This document shows positions 57,348 through 64,000 of a stretch of DNA of 64,000 nt, piece after piece. The stretch comes from an uncultured Clostridia bacterium (GTDB lineage: Bacteria > Bacillota > Clostridia > Christensenellales > CAG-138). The first letter of the stretch is position 1, and each line of letters starts with the position of its first letter. The notes beneath the pieces are model-generated. The model searched no databases and was not told the DNA's origin. It saw only the letters and a list, made by a program, of their open reading frames with translations. Position numbers and translations under genes: made by a program. The stretch is from the NCBI GenBank assembly GCA_947168855.1, contig CAMVNO010000002.1, positions 79,987 to 143,986 on the forward strand, read 5' to 3'.

Positions 57348-58273
57348 TGAAGCGCCTCCTTTACATTGATAACCGGCACGTCAACCGCTTTTGACATTGC
57401 CTTCATAAACGCGTCCGCGTCGAACTTCCAGCCGTAGGCGGATACCGGATTGACCGTCACGCACAGCACCTCGGCCTTTTCGACCGTTTCCAGCGCGACG
57501 TTCCGGAGCGGGAGCTTATCGAGCGTATCCGGCGTGAGAAGGACCTTGCTCGGATCCTTCACCACAAGCCGCACGTTCCGCATCACGCCGCTCTTCAGAA
57601 GCGGCACGACCGAAGCGTCGGTGAGCGCGCCGGGAATCAGCGCCTCGCCGTGCGCCTTCAGCGTTTCGGCAAGCGGCCTGTCGCTTTCCGCGGGCACGGT
57701 TCCGACCTTTTTCAGATTCATGATGCGGAAGATGTTCGCGGTGTCCGCAACAACCTTTTCCATGCGCATGTCATAGCTTGCGCCGGTGCAGAGGATCACG
57801 CGTTCGGCAACCGTCCGCGCGCCGAGCGATTTCCTGCCCAGGGCGCCGTCGATGATCGTCTGTTCGGCGCCGAGCGAAAAGAACCGGTCCGAAACGGTTT
57901 TTAGCTGCGCCGTGATCGAAGGTCCCGCAAGCTGCACGCTGCCCGCGCTCCTTGCGCGGACGAGCACGACCTCGCCGAGCGGCGTCGGAATGCCGGTGGT
58001 ATCCATGATTTCCTGCGTGACGTCGCAGAGGGAAAGCATGTCCTTTGCGGTTGCAAACAGCGTGCCTTCGGACAGAAAGATGCCGGGCTTTTCCGTGCCG
58101 GTCACGACGTCCGTGGACTCGCCGTCCCGTCCGATCGAGGTCAGCCCGAGCACACGCCCGCGCGACTGACCGAGAAGCCAGTTCAGCACGGTCGTTTTGC
58201 CCGCGTTTTTGCACATGCCCACGATGGACAGCGTCCTTGTGCGGCAGATGCTTTCGATCAGCGCTTTTTGCAT
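57344..58273 (-). CDS. kamB: KamB-like P-loop protein (reactivase partner)
   Basis: IVGMCKNAGKTT, LTSIGRDGE, DGALGRKS; overlaps kamC by ATGA. Confidence 0.78.
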   Translation of the reverse strand: MQKALIESICRTRTLSIVGMCKNAGKTTVLNWLLGQSRGRVLGLTSIGRDGESTDVVTGTEKPGIFLSEGTLFATAKDMLSLCDVTQEIMDTTGIPTPLGEVVLVRARSAGSVQLAGPSITAQLKTVSDRFFSLGAEQTIIDGALGRKSLGARTVAERVILCTGASYDMRMEKVVADTANIFRIMNLKKVGTVPAESDRPLAETLKAHGEALIPGALTDASVVPLLKSGVMRNVRLVVKDPSKVLLTPDTLDKLPLRNVALETVEKAEVLCVTVNPVSAYGWKFDADAFMKAMSKAVDVPVINVKEALQ

Positions 58274-58369
58274 CCGAACACCCTTTCGTATGATTCCGTA
58301 TATTTTATCATACCATATCCGCAGCAAAAAGAAAAGAGCCAAACGGCACGTGCCGAAAACCGCGTTCGG

Positions 58370-58398
58370 TTGACAAAAGGACCGTTTCATATTATGAT
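58370..58398 (+). promoter_or_regulatory. sigmaA promoter
   Basis: TTGACA-N17-TATGAT. Confidence 0.75.
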
Positions 58399-58426
58399 TT
58401 CATCACACGGAAAGGAGCGCGGAAGC

Positions 58427-60283
58427 ATGAAGAAATCGACACAGCGCATCATCATCTTTGCATCGCTGATTGCGGCGATCGCATTGTTTGTGCTGTTTCT
58501 TTCCGATATTCTCGTGCCGTTCATCCGGATGGAGATCGCAAACGACGTGGAAGGCGCAAAAGCGCTGCTTGTCGACAAGGGCATCCTCGGATTCCTGTCC
58601 GTTGTGCTGGTCGAAGCGCTGCAGATGGTCGTCGTCTTCATTCCGGCGGAGTTCATACAGATCTCGTCGGGGCTCAGCTACCCGTTCTGGATCGCGCTGC
58701 TGCTGTGCGATTTCGGCGTGTGTGTCGGCGCAACGATCATCTATGTGCTCGTCAATACGTTCCGGTTCAGCAACAAGGCGTACGAAAAGAACGAAAAGAA
58801 GATCGAAAAGCTTGCCGCAAGGGTCAAGAAGGATCGCGGTACGCAGCTTCTTCTGTACCTGCTGTTCATCATGCCGCTGATCCCGTTCGGGGCGATCTGC
58901 TATTACGGCAGCTACCGCAAAATGAAATACAGCCGCTATATCTTCACCGTTGCGACCGGCGTCATCCCGTCGATCGTCACGTCCAATCTCATGGGGATGG
59001 CGGCGCGCTATTTCATCGGAAACGACCTGCCGCTCTGGCTGCTGGTCCTCATCGTGGTTCTGCTTGCGGGCGTTCTGCTCGCCGTACTGTTCCTGTTCCT
59101 CAACAAGGTTTTTCTGCGTCAGAATGCCGGCACGCCGGATTCGGTGTTCTATACCGGCTTCTTCGGCGCGCTGCACAGGCTTTACCGCGGACGGGTGCGT
59201 CTGCACGTCGACGACGCGCTGATCCGCGATCTTCCGACGCCGTACATCGCGCTCTGCAATCATCAGTCGTTCTTTGACATGTACTATACGAATCGCCTGT
59301 TTCAAAACGCAAAGGCGAATCCGTCGTACGTCGTCAACAAGCATTATATCTCGCATCCGCTGATCCGCAAGGCCGGCATCAAGGCGGGCGTGATCCCGAA
59401 AAAGCTGTTCTATCCGGATATCTCCGTGCCGGTGCAGATCATGCGCATGCTGAAAAAGGGCTATCCGGTCATCATTTTCCCGGAAGCGCGCCTGTCGGTT
59501 GAGGGGCGTTCCTATCCGATCGTCGACAAAAGCGCGACGTTCTACCGCCGTCTGAAGACCGACCTTGTGATCGTCAAGATCCGCGGTTCGTACTTTGCAA
59601 AGCCCAAGTGGCGCAAGCGCTTCTTCCGCACGGACGTCTCGGTGTCGGCGGAGCGCGTCATCACTAAGGAGCAGATCGCCGCAATGACCGACGTCGAACT
59701 GAACCGGCTGATCGACGAGGCGCTTGCGTATGACGCGTCGGAGGAGCCGATCGGCGTCTATCGGCAGAAGGACAAGGCAGAGGGGCTTGAAAACATCCTG
59801 TACCGCTGCGTCGACTGCGGCGCGCTGTATACCTTAAAGGGCGTCGGAAACGAGCTTACCTGCACCGCCTGCGGCAAAACGCACCGGCTGAACGACAACT
59901 ACCTGTTCGAGGACGAGCCGTTCTCGATCGGCGCGTACTATGCGAAGATCGGGGCGCTCGAAAAAGCGGAGATTCAGGATCTGTGTCTTCAAACGGACGT
60001 CAAGACCGTCATCTATCACGATGCCGGGAAGTACAAGACCAAAGAAAAGGGGTATTGTACGCTGACCGGGGACGGTTTTTCCTATCGCTCGGAGCGCGAT
60101 TCCTTCACGATCGGCTTCGATGCGCTGCCTGCGCTGCCGTTCTCCGTCAACGCGGAGTTTGAGACGTACCACAACGGAGATCTGTACTATTTCTATCCGG
60201 TCGAAAACCGTCGGCAGGTCGTGCGCTGGGCGTTGATCGTCGACCTTATGAAGGAGCTGCGCGATGGAGAAACCCAAGAATAA
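58427..60283 (+). CDS. DedA/VTT domain fused to a PlsC-like acyltransferase and a Cys4 zinc ribbon
   Basis: LQMVVVFIPAE, PLIPF (VTT); NHQSFFD, IFPEARLS (acyltransferase); CVDC...CTAC; AAAGGAG RBS. Confidence 0.75.
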   Translation: MKKSTQRIIIFASLIAAIALFVLFLSDILVPFIRMEIANDVEGAKALLVDKGILGFLSVVLVEALQMVVVFIPAEFIQISSGLSYPFWIALLLCDFGVCVGATIIYVLVNTFRFSNKAYEKNEKKIEKLAARVKKDRGTQLLLYLLFIMPLIPFGAICYYGSYRKMKYSRYIFTVATGVIPSIVTSNLMGMAARYFIGNDLPLWLLVLIVVLLAGVLLAVLFLFLNKVFLRQNAGTPDSVFYTGFFGALHRLYRGRVRLHVDDALIRDLPTPYIALCNHQSFFDMYYTNRLFQNAKANPSYVVNKHYISHPLIRKAGIKAGVIPKKLFYPDISVPVQIMRMLKKGYPVIIFPEARLSVEGRSYPIVDKSATFYRRLKTDLVIVKIRGSYFAKPKWRKRFFRTDVSVSAERVITKEQIAAMTDVELNRLIDEALAYDASEEPIGVYRQKDKAEGLENILYRCVDCGALYTLKGVGNELTCTACGKTHRLNDNYLFEDEPFSIGAYYAKIGALEKAEIQDLCLQTDVKTVIYHDAGKYKTKEKGYCTLTGDGFSYRSERDSFTIGFDALPALPFSVNAEFETYHNGDLYYFYPVENRRQVVRWALIVDLMKELRDGETQE

Positions 60284-61697
60284 AACGCTGATCAATCTCT
60301 CGACAAAGACCTTTCTGCAGGTCGTGATCCTGCTGTTCGTGCTGATGCTCGCCGCGATCGTACTGACGTACGTCGTTCCGAAGGGCGAATTCGGCGTGAA
60401 CGCGGACGGCACGGCGGACTATCTCGATTATCGGCCGATCGAAGGCGCAAAGGGCATTCCGGTCTGGAAAGGGCTTTTGGCGCCGGTCCTTGTGTTCGGT
60501 TCATCGAACGGACTGACGCTCATCATGCTGTCGCTGTTTCTCGTCACGGTGTTCGCCGCGTTCCAGGTTATGAACGACGTCGGCGGCATCCGCGCTCTGG
60601 TCGGCGCCGTCGCCGCACGGTTCCGGAAGCGCCGCGCGCTGCTGCTGTGCATGATCGCGCTGGTGTTCATGGCGTTCGGCGCGTTCCTCGGTCTGTTTGA
60701 GGAGATGCTTTCCATGCTCCCGATCGTGACCGCGCTGTGCGTGCTGATCGGCTACGACTCGTTCACCGGGTTCCTTGTGTGCATCATCGCCTGCGGCTTC
60801 GGCTTTGCAAGCGCGATCACGAACCCGTTTACGGTGCTTCTGGCGAGCGAGATCATCGGCGCGAACCCGATGGAACACATCTGGTACCGCATCGTCATCT
60901 TTGCCGTGATGTACCTGCTGCTGCTCGGCTTTGTGTTCCTGTATGTCAGAAAACTCAAAAAGGATCCGTCGTCGAGTTTGACGCTCGCGCATGACGAGGG
61001 GCTTCGCGCGGCGGGCAGGGCGGACGCGGCAAATCCCGTTGCGCCGCAGGATGAAAAGCGTATCCGCCTGACCTATATCGTATTCCTGCTGGTCTGTCTC
61101 GGGCTGATCATCACCTGCTCCGCGATCTCCGCGCTGCGCGATTACACCGTCGTCGTGCTGATCGCGTACTTCCTGATCTTCGGACTGCTGGCGGGGTTCC
61201 TGTCCGCAAAGGCGGTCAAGCCGGTCTTGAAAAGCTTCCTGCACGGCGTCGTCGGCGCGCTGCCCACGATCGTGTTCATCGCGCTCGCGTCCTCGGTCAA
61301 GTACATCTTCGACGAAGGCGCGATCATGCCGACGATCGTCCATTCGATCAACACGGTCGTATCCGGACACAGCCCGTTCATCGTGGCACTTGTGCTGTAC
61401 GCGATCATCCTCGTGCTCGAGTTCTTCATCTCGTCCTCGACGGCGAAAGCGATCCTTGTCATGGGCATGCTCGCGGTCGTTTCCGTGCCGCTTTCTAAGC
61501 AGATGCTTGTGCTGATCTACACCTTTGCCGACGGCTACACGAACGTGCTGTTCCCGACGTCGCCGGTGCTTCTGATCTCGCTGTCCATGATCGGCGTCGA
61601 CTATTTCAAATGGGTCAGAAAGAGCGTGCCGCTGTTCCTTGTGAACCTCGCGCTTGTCATTGGATTCCTTGCGCTCGGCATCGCAATTGCATATTAA
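60264..61697 (+). CDS. YfcC/DcuC-like ion-transporter superfamily membrane protein
   Basis: LTYVVPKGEF, GLFEE, GFASAITNPF, ISSSTAKA, ADGYTNVLFPT. Confidence 0.75.
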   Translation: MEKPKNKTLINLSTKTFLQVVILLFVLMLAAIVLTYVVPKGEFGVNADGTADYLDYRPIEGAKGIPVWKGLLAPVLVFGSSNGLTLIMLSLFLVTVFAAFQVMNDVGGIRALVGAVAARFRKRRALLLCMIALVFMAFGAFLGLFEEMLSMLPIVTALCVLIGYDSFTGFLVCIIACGFGFASAITNPFTVLLASEIIGANPMEHIWYRIVIFAVMYLLLLGFVFLYVRKLKKDPSSSLTLAHDEGLRAAGRADAANPVAPQDEKRIRLTYIVFLLVCLGLIITCSAISALRDYTVVVLIAYFLIFGLLAGFLSAKAVKPVLKSFLHGVVGALPTIVFIALASSVKYIFDEGAIMPTIVHSINTVVSGHSPFIVALVLYAIILVLEFFISSSTAKAILVMGMLAVVSVPLSKQMLVLIYTFADGYTNVLFPTSPVLLISLSMIGVDYFKWVRKSVPLFLVNLALVIGFLALGIAIAY

Positions 61698-61702
61698 GAC
61701 GG

Positions 61703-61747
61703 AAAGCCCGTCCGTGCTTGACACGGCGCGGGCTTTTCCTGTATGAT
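61703..61747 (+). promoter_or_regulatory. Terminator hairpin overlapping a sigmaA promoter for the GH31 gene
   Basis: AAAGCCCG...CGGGCTTTT hairpin containing TTGACA (61718); TATGAT at 61742. Confidence 0.6.
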
Positions 61748-61774
61748 GAAAAAAAGGTCATTTGAGGGGGATCT

Positions 61775-63754
61775 ATGCTGTCATTTCAGAATCGGTCCGG
61801 CTGCCTGACGCTGATGTTCGGCGAGCGGCAGGTCTTTTTCCATTCACCCGAACACCCCTTTATAACGGCGATCCGCCGCGAAAAAACGTATGAAGCAAAC
61901 CGCGGCACGGTCAAAGAGACCGTGACGGAGGTCGAACGCGTTCCGCTGACCGACGTATCGCAGACCGGCGACACGCTTGTGTTCAAAAAGGACGGACACG
62001 GCGTTTCGGTGACGGTGACCGAACAGCCGGACGGCGTGCTTCTCACGTTCTCCGGCGAGGACGGCTTGGCGTATGAGTTCACGCTTCCCGCGATCGAGGG
62101 GGAAGCCGTATTCGGCGGCGGCGAGCAGTACCGGCAGACGAATCTGAGGGGCGAAACGGTCGTCAATTTCGTTTCCGAGCATATCAAGGCGAAGACCGTC
62201 ATCGAAAAGGCGCTTCTGCCGCGCTTCCTGTACCGCGAAAAACCGCATGCCGCGATCGGCAGCTATGCGCCGATGCCGGTCTTTGTGACCGACCGCGGAC
62301 GCATGATCCGCTTCGACACCGCATCCGACGGTAAATCGACGTTCGGCGCAGAACGTTATACCTTCGGATTCGACGCGTGTCCGAAGTCGCTTACGGTTGC
62401 GTTCGGCGACAGTTTCGATGCGCTGCTCCGGTCGCTTGCCGAGACCGTTCCGAACCGGCAGTATCTGCCCGACTGGTGCTTCGACGGCATGATCCTGGGC
62501 ATTCAGGGCGGCACGCAGACGATCCTTGAAAAAACCTTCGCCATGCTCGACGCGGGCGCAAAAGTGTGCGGTGTATGGAGCCAGGACTGGTCCGGCGAAA
62601 ACCGCACGGTCATGGGAAAGCAGGTGTGGTGGAACTGGGAGGTCGACGACAAGCTGTATCCCGATCTGAAAGGCGCGATCAGAAAGCTCAACGCGCGCGG
62701 CGTGCGCTTCCTTGCGTACATCAATCCGTATCTTGTGAAGGACAGCCGCCTCTATACCGAGTGCAAAGAAAAAGGCTATCTGATCACGCATACCGACGGC
62801 AGTATTTATCATATCAAGTCCACGACGTTCGACGCGGGCATGCTCGACCTCACGAACCCCGAAGCGGTCCGCTTTACGAAGGACGTGCTGATCAAGCAAA
62901 ACATGCTCGAGCTCGGCGTGTCCGGCTGGATGGCGGATTTCGGCGAGTATCTGCCGGTCGACTGCGTGCTGCATCACGGCGATCCGAAGGAGCTGCATAA
63001 CCTCTGGCCGGTCATCTGGGCAAAGCTCAACCGCGAGGCGGTCGAAGAGTACGGCAGGGACGATGTGATGTTCTTTATGCGCTCGGGCTACGTCGGCGTG
63101 CAGAGCTATGCGCCGGTGCTGTGGAACGGCGATCAGCACACCGACACAACGAAGGACTACGGCATGCCGTGCGTCATGCCCGCAAGCTTCTCGCTCGGCT
63201 TCTCGGGTGTGCCGATGATCCATTGCGATATCGGCGGGTTCTTCTCGTTTATGAAAATGAAGCGCAAGCCGGAGCTGTTCATCCGTTGGATGGAGATGTG
63301 CGCGTTCTCGCTTCTGATGCGCAGCCACGAGTCGATCCGTCCGTGGGCGAACGCGCAGTTCGACGCTGAGGAGGTCACGCCGCATACCGTGAAGCTCACC
63401 GGCGTCCATGCCGCGCTGAAGCCGTACATCAAACATTGCGAAGAGCTGGCGAGATCGGGACTGCCCGCCATGCGTCCGGACTTCTACGACGCGATGGACT
63501 ACGGCGCAAGCCGCGATATGTACAGCTATTTCCTCGGTGAAGACCTGTTCGTCTGCCCGGTGATCGAGCGGCACGCAAAGACGCGGAAGGTGTATCTTCC
63601 GAAAGGCGAGTGGGTCGGCTTCTGGACCGGCAAGCCGTATGCGGGCGAAACGGAGTATACCGTGCCCGCGCCTTTGGGGCAGGGACCCGTGTTTTACAGA
63701 AAGAACAGCGCGTATGCGGACCTGTTCCGCCGCGCTGCGCAGGAAAACAAATAA
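61775..63754 (+). CDS. GH31 alpha-glycosidase, YihQ (sulfoquinovosidase)-like subfamily
   Basis: LGIQGGT, QDWSG, WNW, YINPY, WMADFGEYLP (nucleophile D388), WNGDQ (acid/base D453), RSHE. Confidence 0.88.
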   Translation: MLSFQNRSGCLTLMFGERQVFFHSPEHPFITAIRREKTYEANRGTVKETVTEVERVPLTDVSQTGDTLVFKKDGHGVSVTVTEQPDGVLLTFSGEDGLAYEFTLPAIEGEAVFGGGEQYRQTNLRGETVVNFVSEHIKAKTVIEKALLPRFLYREKPHAAIGSYAPMPVFVTDRGRMIRFDTASDGKSTFGAERYTFGFDACPKSLTVAFGDSFDALLRSLAETVPNRQYLPDWCFDGMILGIQGGTQTILEKTFAMLDAGAKVCGVWSQDWSGENRTVMGKQVWWNWEVDDKLYPDLKGAIRKLNARGVRFLAYINPYLVKDSRLYTECKEKGYLITHTDGSIYHIKSTTFDAGMLDLTNPEAVRFTKDVLIKQNMLELGVSGWMADFGEYLPVDCVLHHGDPKELHNLWPVIWAKLNREAVEEYGRDDVMFFMRSGYVGVQSYAPVLWNGDQHTDTTKDYGMPCVMPASFSLGFSGVPMIHCDIGGFFSFMKMKRKPELFIRWMEMCAFSLLMRSHESIRPWANAQFDAEEVTPHTVKLTGVHAALKPYIKHCEELARSGLPAMRPDFYDAMDYGASRDMYSYFLGEDLFVCPVIERHAKTRKVYLPKGEWVGFWTGKPYAGETEYTVPAPLGQGPVFYRKNSAYADLFRRAAQENK

Positions 63755-63774
63755 AAACGGAGGGCAAGGAAGGA

Positions 63775-64000
63775 ATGGAGCAATCTTACATCTCCCGTAC
63801 CAGCGGGATCACCATGAAGGACAAGATCGGCTACGCGTTCGGCGACCTCGCAAGCTGTCTCGTGTTCGGACTGACCGCGGGGATTCTGAACTCGTTCTAC
63901 ACGGACGTTCTGAAGATCAGCGTTCTCGGCACGCTGATCATCATCGTGGCGGCGCGTTTGTGGGACGCGGTCAACGACCCGATCTGGGGACGCATCATCC
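63775..64000 (+). CDS. GPH-family (MelB/YihP-like) glycoside:cation symporter, partial
   Basis: MEQSYISRT...KIGYAFGDLAS...FYTDVL...ARLWDAVNDPIWG; truncated by the window end. Confidence 0.85.
   Translation, partial: MEQSYISRTSGITMKDKIGYAFGDLASCLVFGLTAGILNSFYTDVLKISVLGTLIIIVAARLWDAVNDPIWGRII

Overview
A 64 kb chromosomal window from a high-GC anaerobic Firmicute (Clostridia-like, judged from gene content and sigmaA promoters). The left half holds housekeeping blocks with unusual neighbours: partial hutH; rpmH-rnpA-yidD-yidC-jag-mnmE with no adjacent dnaA or mnmG; tig-clpP-clpX; ireB-ruvX-DUF1292; and rpsB-tsf. Cell-wall, metal-transport and ABC-F genes follow. The right half is a lysine-to-butyrate fermentation supercluster: crt-hbd-bcd-etfBA converges on kal-kce-kdd-kamA-kamDE-atoDA. 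The catabolic operon is headed by a lysine riboswitch whose P1 strand overlaps the terminator (ON-switch architecture), kamBC is split off upstream, and a solo Mrr-like nuclease gene lies between the two arms. The window ends with a DedA-acyltransferase fusion, a YfcC-like transporter, a YihQ-like GH31 lacking two sulfonate-binding residues, and a partial GPH transporter. Intergenic regions carry at least five recurring palindromic repeat families, often stacked into mosaics. One of these is an array of mini-hairpins with mostly GNA triloops joined by a constant AATTCAT linker. No rRNA, tRNA, CRISPR array, transposase or prophage was seen. All calls come from reading the sequence and recalled motifs; no searches were run.
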